Below the pieces are notes generated by a model. That model ran no database searches and had not been told where the DNA came from. It saw only the letters and a list, made by a program, of their open reading frames with translations. This document shows, one piece after another, positions 19,693-28,801 of a stretch of 64,000 bases of DNA (positions are counted from its first letter, which is position 1; each line of letters starts with the position of its first letter). The position numbers and the translations under genes are program-made. This DNA comes from Nibricoccus sp. (GTDB lineage: Bacteria > Verrucomicrobiota > Verrucomicrobiia > Opitutales > Opitutaceae), in the NCBI GenBank assembly GCA_047602425.1, contig JASGHG010000001.1, positions 3,744,001-3,808,000 on the forward strand, written 5' to 3'.

Positions 19693-21483
19693 TTACAACC
19701 GTCGTCCCGACAAGGTTCGCCACAAAAGAAACGGAGCTACAAATCCAACGAGCCACAGCGGCAGCGCGCCGCCGCCTCCACCGCCGCCCGGGGCCGGAGC
19801 GCCGGAAGAGGAAGAGCCGCCACCGGACGAGCTGCTGCTGGACGATGACGAACTTGAGGAGCTGCTAGATGAAGAAGATGAAGACGAGGACGAACTACTC
19901 GATGAGGAACTCGAACTGCTTGAGGACGAGGAAGAGGAACTTGAGGAAGACGACGAACTGCTGCTGGAGGAAGAGGACGACGAACTGGAAGACGAACTGC
20001 TCGTGAGCACAGTGAGCGTTGCGGTATTGCTCGTGAGATTACTGCCGCTGCTGGTGGCGACCATCGTATAGTTGGCGGCGTCGGTTGAGGCGGCCGCGGC
20101 GATTGTATACTGGCAACTGGTTGCGCCACCAATGGCGGTACCGTTTTTATACCACTGATAAGTGGGTTTCGGAGTGCCGACCGCGGAAGCGGTGAACGTG
20201 GCGGGGTTGCCTTGCGTGACGGTGATGGATGCAGGCTGGACGTTCATCGTGAGCGCCGTGGACAAGCCGGTGTAGGTCGCCTCGGGCCAGGTGCCGCCGA
20301 CGTGGAAATTATTGTTGTTGTTGAAATCGAAATAGGCGACGTGTTCCTGCGAAGAACCGACTCCCCACGGAGTGCGGGCGACGGTGGAGATCCACGTAGG
20401 TTCCCAAAAGACGACGCCCTTGCCGCCGGCGTTGATGACTTCCTGACAGAAAGCGGCCATGTAGGCGCGCTGGTTGGCCTGACTGACGGGAAGAAACGCA
20501 GGGTCGGGATCCCAGAGAATATTGTTCAGACCGTCGACCCAACCCTGGATCCACAAATAACCAGTCTCGACCACCATGACGTCCTTGGAAGGGTGATTGG
20601 CCTTTAGTTGTCGGATGAGGTTCCCCATGCCGGCGATCGAGGAACCATGCCAGGCATAATAGTAGGAGAAACCCATGATATCGAAGTCGGTGACGCCGAT
20701 CGTCTGTATCCACGCGTAGAAGCTGACAGGGCGCGTCAGGCCCGCGACATGCAGGGCGATCTTCGGGTTGACGCTCGCGGTGGCTCCGACCTCTCGGACC
20801 GCGCGGATGGCAGCATTCCACATGCGGGCGAAATAGGCATCCTCAGTGCGGGTGGTCCCGCTGACGGTATAATCGAGTTGTTGCGTAGCGCTGTTCCAAC
20901 TGGCGGTCAAGGTGGGGCGGACGAGGATGCCGGCGTTGGCTTCGTTGCCGAGCTTCACGATCTCGGGCATGAGACCGCGAGCATTGAGATCGGTCAGAAC
21001 GTTTTTGACGTAGGTATAAACGGCGACTTCGAGTTGGTCGTCGGTGAAGGCGCTCCACGCCCGGGGACGAACCTGGCGGCCGGGATCCGCCCAGAAGTCG
21101 GAGAGGGGGAGGTCGAGCATCACGGCCATGCCCTGGGCTTTGGCGTGTGAGATGGTGTCGACGACGTCGACGAAGTCGGAGTATTGGGCCTTGGAATTGG
21201 GTGCGGTTTGCGGGATAAGCTGCATCCACCACGGATCGTTCCACAGGCGAACACGCACGAGATTGGCGCCGTGCTCGGCAATGATTTGAAACGGATCCTT
21301 CAAAACGCCGTTTTCGCGATAGACGCCGCCGCAGTCCTCCATCTGATTGGTGACCGAAAGGTCGTTGCCAAAATAGAAAGGCGGTGCGGCGCGCAGGAAG
21401 GAACTCGCGGCGACGAGCAGGAACAGAACGGCCAGGACAGGCCGAATTGCGACGACTGAACGGGAAGCGACGGGGTAGGGCAT
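19693..21483 (-). CDS. GH53 endo-beta-1,4-galactanase with Ig domain, poly-Ser linker and GlyGly-CTERM-like tail
   Basis: RVRLWNDP, SDFWADPGRQ, LGNE, SYY, VVETGY and GVVFWEPTW motifs; start set at ATG 21483. Confidence 0.92.
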   Translation of the reverse strand: MPYPVASRSVVAIRPVLAVLFLLVAASSFLRAAPPFYFGNDLSVTNQMEDCGGVYRENGVLKDPFQIIAEHGANLVRVRLWNDPWWMQLIPQTAPNSKAQYSDFVDVVDTISHAKAQGMAVMLDLPLSDFWADPGRQVRPRAWSAFTDDQLEVAVYTYVKNVLTDLNARGLMPEIVKLGNEANAGILVRPTLTASWNSATQQLDYTVSGTTRTEDAYFARMWNAAIRAVREVGATASVNPKIALHVAGLTRPVSFYAWIQTIGVTDFDIMGFSYYYAWHGSSIAGMGNLIRQLKANHPSKDVMVVETGYLWIQGWVDGLNNILWDPDPAFLPVSQANQRAYMAAFCQEVINAGGKGVVFWEPTWISTVARTPWGVGSSQEHVAYFDFNNNNNFHVGGTWPEATYTGLSTALTMNVQPASITVTQGNPATFTASAVGTPKPTYQWYKNGTAIGGATSCQYTIAAAASTDAANYTMVATSSGSNLTSNTATLTVLTSSSSSSSSSSSSSSSSSSSSSSSSSSSSSSSSSSSSSSSSSSSSSSSSSSSSSSSSSSSGGGSSSSGAPAPGGGGGGGALPLWLVGFVAPFLLWRTLSGRRL

Positions 21484-21599
21484 GGCCAAAACGGGCGTGG
21501 GTTGGGGCGGGAACGAACTGAGAAAGAGGTAAAGCAGTGAGAGTTTAACTGGCAATAAAACAGTTTAAATTATGCTCTGAAAATTGATTTGGAATTAAG

Positions 21600-21609
21600 C
21601 AATCGATTG
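21600..21609. promoter_or_regulatory. Candidate LacI-type operator palindrome
   Basis: Perfect CAATCGATTG palindrome in the AT-rich spacer upstream of GH53. Confidence 0.35.
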
Positions 21610-21613
21610 ACAG

Positions 21614-22456
21614 CTACTTCTGTAAGTTTCTCTGATGCGACGGCGGTCGGCCCAAAACGCGTTTGAAGGCGTTACTGAAGGCAAACGCATCGACGTAACC
21701 GACACGGCCAGCGATCGTGGCGATCTTTTCCTTGGTGCAAGCGATCAGATCGGCAGCATATTGCATTCGGAGCCGGGTGAGGTAGGCGAGCGGCGGAGCG
21801 CCGAGATATTCGAGGCAAAGACGTCGCAGGGACTCTCCGCTCATGCCGGCGCAACGTGCGAGGCGGGCGAGGTCCCAAGCGCCTCCCAGATCGGATCGAA
21901 CCACGAGCCAGAGCCTTTCCAGCCGCGGATCCGCGCTGGAAGGTTGCAGCATGCGCAAGGCCTGCCGGTGTACGAGCGCGGATAAAAGCTCCATGGCGGC
22001 TGGTTCGGCTTCTCCGGCGGCCTCATGACAAAGTCCGGTAATCGCGTGATGCAAACCGAGTGTATCGGCTTGCACAAGCCGCGGCGCACTGCCGGCGCGC
22101 AACCCCGGCAGGGTGGCCGCTGGGTCGTAGATGAGCCAGCAAAGCCGCCAGTTGTGGCCTGGCCGCACTTCGTACGCACAGAAGGACCGCGCGGGGCTAA
22201 TATAAACGTGACCGGTAGGACAAGGCCGCCAACGTCCATCGACCATGGCACGGCCTTCGCCACCCGTGACGGCGAGGATCTGGTTGAACGCGGGGGCATG
22301 GCGGACAAAACGGTAGCCCCGGCCTGCTACGGTGTGGCCGGCAAAAAGAATTTTGTGCGCGGAAAGGCTTTTGACCTGGCGCGCGCTCGCGAGGGTTTCG
22401 CGGGTGGTTTTTCCTAGCGAGTGGATTTCGCAAAGCTGAGTTTCAACCGATTTCAT
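21614..22456 (-). CDS. AraC-family transcriptional regulator
   Basis: Cupin-like N-terminus; C-terminal double HTH (IAGRVGYVDAFAFSNAFKRVLGRPP). Confidence 0.92.
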   Translation of the reverse strand: MKSVETQLCEIHSLGKTTRETLASARQVKSLSAHKILFAGHTVAGRGYRFVRHAPAFNQILAVTGGEGRAMVDGRWRPCPTGHVYISPARSFCAYEVRPGHNWRLCWLIYDPAATLPGLRAGSAPRLVQADTLGLHHAITGLCHEAAGEAEPAAMELLSALVHRQALRMLQPSSADPRLERLWLVVRSDLGGAWDLARLARCAGMSGESLRRLCLEYLGAPPLAYLTRLRMQYAADLIACTKEKIATIAGRVGYVDAFAFSNAFKRVLGRPPSHQRNLQK

Positions 22457-22609
22457 GGGAAATGGAGGCGTTCGCGACGAAGCGATTCTAGACCGTGAAT
22501 CTGACGATCAAGTAAACAAAACTATTTCGCTCCTTGTGGATTTCGCAAAGGTTTTATGGGAGCTCCGCCATGGATCGCCGGGCGGGTTCGTGATAAATCT
22601 TTTTTCTCG

Positions 22610-23863
22610 ATGAAAACCGCCACTGCAACCCCGGCCGTCCTTCAAGGCGGCTCGCGATTGGAATTGATCGACGCATTGCGAGGATCCGCCCTCATGGGCA
22701 TTTTGCTTCTGCATTCGATCGAGCATTGGGATTTTACGCGCTATCCGGCGAATCCGCCGGAATGGCTGCGACCGTTCAACACCGTTGCGCACGACGGGGG
22801 CTTTTTTCTTTTTGGCGGCAAGTCCTACGCCGTCTTCGCGTTGATGTTTGGCGTGAGTTTTTTCTTCATGTTTGAGAGCTGGTCGCGGCGAGGGGTCAAT
22901 TTTCAGGGACGGTTTCTGTGGCGACTCGCGGTGCTGGCGATTTTTGGCTATGTCGATGGGATCGTTTTTTGCGGCGATTTTTTACTGGTGATCGCGATTC
23001 TGGGCGTGCCAATGGTTTTTTTAAACCGCCTTGGCCATCGCGCGCTGATCTGGGTTTCGATTTTGTTTGTGCTGCAACTTCCGACGTTGTGGCAAGTCGC
23101 CCGCATAACCTTTGATGCGGGCTACCAGATTGCGCGACCTTACCATTGGGGCGTCTACGGGCAACTCGGCAGGGTTTATTCGGCTGACTCTTTTTGGGAT
23201 TTTATCCGAACAAACGTGGGACTCGGTCAACTTTCGCGCCTGACTTGGACCTATGAAACGGGTCGTTACACGCAGATGGTAGGTCTTTTTGTGGCGGGAT
23301 TGGCGATGGCTCGATCCGGCGTGTTGTTTGACGCGAGGCGTTGCCGAAGGATGGCCGTGCGCGCATTGATTTTTGGAGCGATTGGTTTTGCGGTGGTTTA
23401 TCCCGCAAAGCTTCAGGTCGCTGGCTGGAGCCAGGCGGGGATGAGCCATTATCCGTTGAACAATCTGGTTTCGTCTTACTGCAATTTGGCCCAACTCGCG
23501 ATCTGGGTGGGTGGCTTCATTCTGCTTTATCAATGGGCTAGGGGCAGGACGGTGTTGCGCGTATTGGCCCCATTTGGGCGGATGAGCCTTTCCAATTACG
23601 TCGTACAAGGCCTGATTGGCGTGCCGCTGTTTTATGGCTTTGGCCTCGCGCTGTTCCGCTGGTTTGGGCCTTTCTACAGCGTGCTAGTTGGCTTCGCGAT
23701 GCTGGCCGGGCAGATCGTGTTCTCGCATTTCTGGATGAAACGTTTTAACTATGGACCTTTGGAGTGGCTATGGCGTGCACTCACGTTTGGAAATTTCTCC
23801 CTGCCCCTGCGTAAGTCCATTGCCATTCCCATCCGCTCCGCCGAGCCGGTCACTGTTTCCTGA
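22610..23863 (+). CDS. DUF418 (YeiB-like) membrane protein
   Basis: RLELIDALRG, FALMFGVSF, GRMSLSNY and F.YGPLEWLWRALT motifs. Confidence 0.9.
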   Translation: MKTATATPAVLQGGSRLELIDALRGSALMGILLLHSIEHWDFTRYPANPPEWLRPFNTVAHDGGFFLFGGKSYAVFALMFGVSFFFMFESWSRRGVNFQGRFLWRLAVLAIFGYVDGIVFCGDFLLVIAILGVPMVFLNRLGHRALIWVSILFVLQLPTLWQVARITFDAGYQIARPYHWGVYGQLGRVYSADSFWDFIRTNVGLGQLSRLTWTYETGRYTQMVGLFVAGLAMARSGVLFDARRCRRMAVRALIFGAIGFAVVYPAKLQVAGWSQAGMSHYPLNNLVSSYCNLAQLAIWVGGFILLYQWARGRTVLRVLAPFGRMSLSNYVVQGLIGVPLFYGFGLALFRWFGPFYSVLVGFAMLAGQIVFSHFWMKRFNYGPLEWLWRALTFGNFSLPLRKSIAIPIRSAEPVTVS

Positions 23864-23901
23864 TTCCATTTCCCAACCAAGACGAACCTCCTGTTATCGC
23901 T

Positions 23902-26787
23902 ATGAAACGACTATCATGCCTGTTATTTTGTGCTTTTCTCCTGCTCACGAGCGGAGCGCGCATTTTTGCCGCCACCACGCCGGCGACGGCGACGGCTCGC
24001 GAGCGTTTATTGATGGATTTTGGTTGGAAATTCCACCTCGGCAACGACTGGGGCATTGGCATCAATCTCGCCAAATCCGGCACCGGTTACGGCCCGGCCA
24101 ACCCGGTTTATAGCGACGCGAGCTGGCGCACGGTTAACCTGCCGCACGACTGGGCAATCGAACTGCCTTTCGATCGAAAGGCCGATATCTCGCATGGCTA
24201 CAAGGCTCTTGGCGTGGCCTTTCCGGAAAACAGCGTTGGTTGGTACCGTCGCGCTTTTAATCTCACCAAGGCAGATGCTGGCAAGCGCCTCTGGCTGGAA
24301 TTCGACGGCGTATTTAGAGATAGTACGGTTTTCGTTAATGGCTGGCAGGTGGGACGTCATGAGAGTGGCTACAGCAGTTTCCGCTACGATATCACGGACG
24401 TGGCCATTTTCGGCGGCAAAAATGTGGTCACAGTCCGCGTCGACGCCACGCAAACCGAAGGTTGGTTCTACGAAGGCGCCGGCATCTACCGGCATGTTTG
24501 GCTCGTGAAAACCTCGCCTGTTGCGATCGCTCCGGACGGCGTTTTTGTGCAGAGCAGTTTCCGCAACAACGCGCCTGGCGGCGCCGCGCAGGTCCATGCG
24601 CAGATCGAACTCGTCAACACCGCCACGGCCCCGGCGGACGCGGTCGTTATGTGGGACATCGCTGGGCCCGAAGGCAAAATTGTTGCCCGCGGACGCGAAC
24701 CGGCTCGTATCGAAAATTCAAGTACAGCATTGGTCAAATTCGAGGTGCGTATCGACGAGCCCGCTCTCTGGTCGCCCGAAACGCCGAAGCTCTACAAGCT
24801 CAACAGCACGCTGGTCGTGGGCCTGCAGACGCTGGACAAAGTCGAAACCAACTTTGGTTTGCGCACCGTCGCGTTCGATACGCAAAAGGGTTTTCTTCTC
24901 AACGGACAGCCGTACGTCATCAAAGGCACGTGCAACCATCAGGATCACGCGGGCGTTGGTGCGGCGCTGCCGGATCGGCTGCAATATTTTCGCATCGCGA
25001 AACTGAAGGAGATGGGCAGTAACGCCTATCGCACTTCGCATAACCCCCCGACCCCGGAACTGCTCGAAGCTTGCGACCGCCTCGGCATGCTGGTGATGGA
25101 TGAGAACCGCTTGCTTGGCAGCGACGCGCAAAACATCGACCGCCTAGAACGTCTCATTAAACGCGATCGCAACCACACCAGCGTTGTCATTTGGTCCATT
25201 GCCAACGAGGAATTCACTACTCAAGCCACGCCTGCCGGCAAACGTGTCGCTATCGCCATGCAGGCCGCGATCCGAAAACTGGATACAACGCGGCCTATCA
25301 CGTACGCGTCGCCGGTCGGTAACGAAGTCGCGGGCATCAACGAGGCCATCGAGATTCGCGGTTGGAATTACCACATTGGTCCTGGCGTTGACGAATACCG
25401 CGCCGCTCATCCGAAACAACCACATGTAGGCACCGAGCAGGGCAGCACGGTCAGCACGCGCGGTATCTACGAAAACGATACGGTTCGCGGTTACGTCAGC
25501 GCTTACGATGTCAACGCCCCCGAGTGGGCCAATCTCGCGCACGATTGGTGGAGCTTCTACAATGCCCGTCCGTGGCTTTCCGGCGGCTTTGTCTGGACCG
25601 GTTTCGATTACCGCGGCGAACCAACACCTTATGAATGGCCGTGCATCAACTCGCACTTTGGCATCTACGACACCTGCGGTTTTCCGAAGGACAATTTTTG
25701 GTACTACCGCTCGTGGTGGCAGGAACAACCCGTGTTGCACCTTTTGCCCCATTGGAACTGGGTCGGCAAGGAAGGGCAGGAGATCGAGGTGCGCGCGCTC
25801 AGCAATTGCGAAGAGGTTGAGCTTTTCCTCAACGGTCTGAGTCAGGGCAAGCAAACCATGCCGCGCGACGGCCAGTTGTCGTGGAAAGTCAAATACACGC
25901 CTGGCACGCTTTCGGCGAAGGGCTTCAAGGCCGGGCAGATGATTGCGGAGGAAAAAGTCGAAACCACGGGTGCTCCCGCCGCGGTCCAGCTTTTGCCTGA
26001 TCGGCCGGTAATCGATGCGAACGGCGAAGACTTGGCGGTTGTGACTGTTTCCGTCGCCGACGAACAAAATCGTATCGTTCCGACCGCGGGCAACCTCATC
26101 AGTTTCGAACTCGAAGGTCCGGGTCGCATTCTCGGTGTCGGCAACGGCGACCCAAGCTGCCATGAGCCCGACACGTTTATTCCAGCCACAACGACCCGGG
26201 TTATCCCGATCGACGGATGGCGCATGAAAAAAGGCATTGATCCATATGCCGCCACGGTTCCTGAAGTCGCCGAAAACGTCGACGATTCCTCCTGGCAGCC
26301 GGTTGATGTGACGGTTGAAAGCGGCCCACTCGGTTTGCGCGAGAAAGCGGTGTTTCGCGTTCGTCTCAATGTGACTGCGGAAGACCTTGCCTCGCCTGCC
26401 GTTGAGCTTTGGTTCGGCAAAATCGATGGCGGTGGCAACGTCTACATTAACGGTCAAAAGCTTGGGGGAACGGGCGACGCCCGCGCGGCCTCGGTTTACG
26501 ACGTGAAAAAATTACTGCGTGCCGGCGAAAACGTAATCGCCGTCACCGTGGCGAACTACGGTTCCGCCGCGGGCTTGAACAAAGGCGTGGAATTACGTCT
26601 GCAATCGGCACCACAATCCGTGATTTGGAGCCGCAGCGTTTTCAACGGACTTGCGCAGATCATCGTTCAGTCTGCCAAGGAGCCGGGCGACCTCAAATTA
26701 ACCGCGCGTGCCGACGGGTTGAAGCCGACGACGGTGACGATCCAATCAAAAGCGGCAACACCGCGCCAAGCCGTGCCGCTTCCCTGA
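23902..26787 (+). CDS. GH2 beta-galactosidase, secreted
   Basis: VNLPHDW, WFYEGAGIYR, KGTCNHQDHAGVG, RTSHNP, WSIANEE and WTGFDYRGEPTPY motifs; signal peptide. Confidence 0.94.
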   Translation: MKRLSCLLFCAFLLLTSGARIFAATTPATATARERLLMDFGWKFHLGNDWGIGINLAKSGTGYGPANPVYSDASWRTVNLPHDWAIELPFDRKADISHGYKALGVAFPENSVGWYRRAFNLTKADAGKRLWLEFDGVFRDSTVFVNGWQVGRHESGYSSFRYDITDVAIFGGKNVVTVRVDATQTEGWFYEGAGIYRHVWLVKTSPVAIAPDGVFVQSSFRNNAPGGAAQVHAQIELVNTATAPADAVVMWDIAGPEGKIVARGREPARIENSSTALVKFEVRIDEPALWSPETPKLYKLNSTLVVGLQTLDKVETNFGLRTVAFDTQKGFLLNGQPYVIKGTCNHQDHAGVGAALPDRLQYFRIAKLKEMGSNAYRTSHNPPTPELLEACDRLGMLVMDENRLLGSDAQNIDRLERLIKRDRNHTSVVIWSIANEEFTTQATPAGKRVAIAMQAAIRKLDTTRPITYASPVGNEVAGINEAIEIRGWNYHIGPGVDEYRAAHPKQPHVGTEQGSTVSTRGIYENDTVRGYVSAYDVNAPEWANLAHDWWSFYNARPWLSGGFVWTGFDYRGEPTPYEWPCINSHFGIYDTCGFPKDNFWYYRSWWQEQPVLHLLPHWNWVGKEGQEIEVRALSNCEEVELFLNGLSQGKQTMPRDGQLSWKVKYTPGTLSAKGFKAGQMIAEEKVETTGAPAAVQLLPDRPVIDANGEDLAVVTVSVADEQNRIVPTAGNLISFELEGPGRILGVGNGDPSCHEPDTFIPATTTRVIPIDGWRMKKGIDPYAATVPEVAENVDDSSWQPVDVTVESGPLGLREKAVFRVRLNVTAEDLASPAVELWFGKIDGGGNVYINGQKLGGTGDARAASVYDVKKLLRAGENVIAVTVANYGSAAGLNKGVELRLQSAPQSVIWSRSVFNGLAQIIVQSAKEPGDLKLTARADGLKPTTVTIQSKAATPRQAVPLP

Positions 26788-26809
26788 TACGATTTGTCCG
26801 CCCGTTCTC

Positions 26810-28801
26810 CTATAAACGTTTTAAAACCACCGGGGATTGTTCGGCTTCCTGAACCTTCTCAGCGAAACGAACAATCTCCGGGTAATTTTCCGCCGGCACC
26901 GTGGTTTCCTTGAGCGCCAGGGTTCGGTTGAGTACAAGCTGGCCGCTGGCATTTTTTTGAATGCTCGCGGAGTAGCGGCCGACCGAAGATTGGAGATCGG
27001 TGTTGGTTGGAAGTTCGTCGACCGCGAAGCCGTCCGGCAGGGAAATTTCGGTGTTTTCAGTCAATTCGATCGCGTCAATTCGCAAAGGCTGGGTGCGTTT
27101 TATCCGCATTGTCGGAAGCGCGGAGCTGGCGGGAAATATAATCGGTTTGAAAACAAGCAACGTGTCGCGCATCGGCTTGCCGTAGGCCTTTGCCTTGAGA
27201 TTCTCCGTGAGTGTGAAAGAACCTTGTTCAAAAGCATCGATGGCTTCGACGACTTCGACTTCCGCGCCGGCCACGGATTGTTGAATCTGCTTTTGCTGGC
27301 GCATCTGGAAATCGGTGGGTGACGTATTTCGAAACTCCGCCCGTATTTGCTCAGCAGTGGGGCCTGCGATTACCCGCTTGACCGTCCCGACGAAGGAACC
27401 GTCGGCTTGAATTTTGAGTGTGATGGATTTTTGCCCGGAACTGGGCTGGGAAAGCGGAAGCTGGCAAAGGTCCCCATCAGCGCCTGAGAGGAAAAGGCCA
27501 TAACCGCCGCTGTCGGCATGCGGCAGAATTCCGAATGGTACATAAGGATTGGTTGGGTCGAAGATCATAAGTCGACCTAGCTTGGGATGTATTAGAAGCG
27601 CTGGGCCATCGATGGTATCGTCGACCTGAATCGCGAGGATGCAGTGATTGAAATGGAGAACCGCAGGCCACTCGGCGCGGACGCGCTGGCGATCGCCCGA
27701 ATAGACAATCACGGGATATGACTCGATACCCTGCGTACGGAGGAGACCGCGCAGAAAGGTAGCCTTGTCTTTACAATCGCCATAATTGCAGCGGAAGACC
27801 TTCTCGGCGGGTTGAGGAATCATTCCGCCGCCATCTTCGGCGTTAAGGGTAATCGAAATATAGTTCGTTTTCTGAGCGTACAGGCACAATCGGCTGATGC
27901 GCTCGGACATTGTGGTGGCGCCGACGACGAGTGCGTCCGCCTTGGTTTTCATTTCCGCGCTGGGTGTGGCGGCCTTGTGATAGAGTGGGGTGAAATAGGC
28001 GGAGATGGCGGACCACGAGAAAAGTGATTTGCGGCAAATATTGTTGGCGGTTGCGGGCGGTTTTATGTCGAGCCCGATAGCTGGCTGCGTGACAATGCTG
28101 GCGGGAGAAAAAAGTTCGCGTCGCACGGCCGGCAACTGCCGCAATTCCCACGTGAGGGTATTTTCAGTGGCGATTGCTGGAATATTCGCATGGTTGAAGA
28201 CGTGAGGTTCGGCCTGCCAGGTCTTGGGCAGGCGCACGCTCAAGCGCGAGCATTCAATCGGGAATCTGCCAGTGAAATTCCACAACGTCTGGCTGATGAT
28301 TTGCTTTTCTTCGCGAACACTTTCCCAAGCAAACACCGATCCGGCCTCGGCATCCGCCACGGCGGAAATTTGCTGACGATGTCCGGCGCTGTAGAGTTCG
28401 CGGCTCGTCCCATAGGCGGCGGTCTCGACTATCTTGTTTTTGCCATAAACCAGCACGGGATCTTTGGGACGGACCAGCCAAGCCTTAAAGGAAACGACGC
28501 GTGACATTTCTGTGTTATAGCTGACAGACGCTTTCGCTTCGGAGCGCCCATCGGCGGTGAGGATGCGGGTCACGCCCCTGGTTCGGTAGGTGAAAGTGCC
28601 ATCCGGAGAAACGTCGATCAGCAGCTCATCGAGCAACATGACGGCGGGAGCCTTGCCATAGGGGAAGGAAGCTGGCTGCTCGGCGGCTTCGTTCACCCAG
28701 TTAGGCGCGGAAGCTGGTTCGGCCAGGCAGTTCGCAAAGGTCGACAGCAAACAAAGGCACATCGAGAAATAGGCCAGGCCCGGGTGGATGCGAAAGCTCA
28801 T
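26810..28801 (-). CDS. DUF3857 + transglutaminase-like protein with intact Cys-His-Asp triad
   Basis: Signal peptide; YGDCKDKA, FNHCI and FDPT motifs. Confidence 0.88.
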   Translation of the reverse strand: MSFRIHPGLAYFSMCLCLLSTFANCLAEPASAPNWVNEAAEQPASFPYGKAPAVMLLDELLIDVSPDGTFTYRTRGVTRILTADGRSEAKASVSYNTEMSRVVSFKAWLVRPKDPVLVYGKNKIVETAAYGTSRELYSAGHRQQISAVADAEAGSVFAWESVREEKQIISQTLWNFTGRFPIECSRLSVRLPKTWQAEPHVFNHANIPAIATENTLTWELRQLPAVRRELFSPASIVTQPAIGLDIKPPATANNICRKSLFSWSAISAYFTPLYHKAATPSAEMKTKADALVVGATTMSERISRLCLYAQKTNYISITLNAEDGGGMIPQPAEKVFRCNYGDCKDKATFLRGLLRTQGIESYPVIVYSGDRQRVRAEWPAVLHFNHCILAIQVDDTIDGPALLIHPKLGRLMIFDPTNPYVPFGILPHADSGGYGLFLSGADGDLCQLPLSQPSSGQKSITLKIQADGSFVGTVKRVIAGPTAEQIRAEFRNTSPTDFQMRQQKQIQQSVAGAEVEVVEAIDAFEQGSFTLTENLKAKAYGKPMRDTLLVFKPIIFPASSALPTMRIKRTQPLRIDAIELTENTEISLPDGFAVDELPTNTDLQSSVGRYSASIQKNASGQLVLNRTLALKETTVPAENYPEIVRFAEKVQEAEQSPVVLKRL

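Noticed and set aside
15999..20001. Low-complexity GAR-rich tracts as CRISPR or satellite DNA
   Set aside because: No fixed repeat-spacer structure; explained by mixed serine codons.
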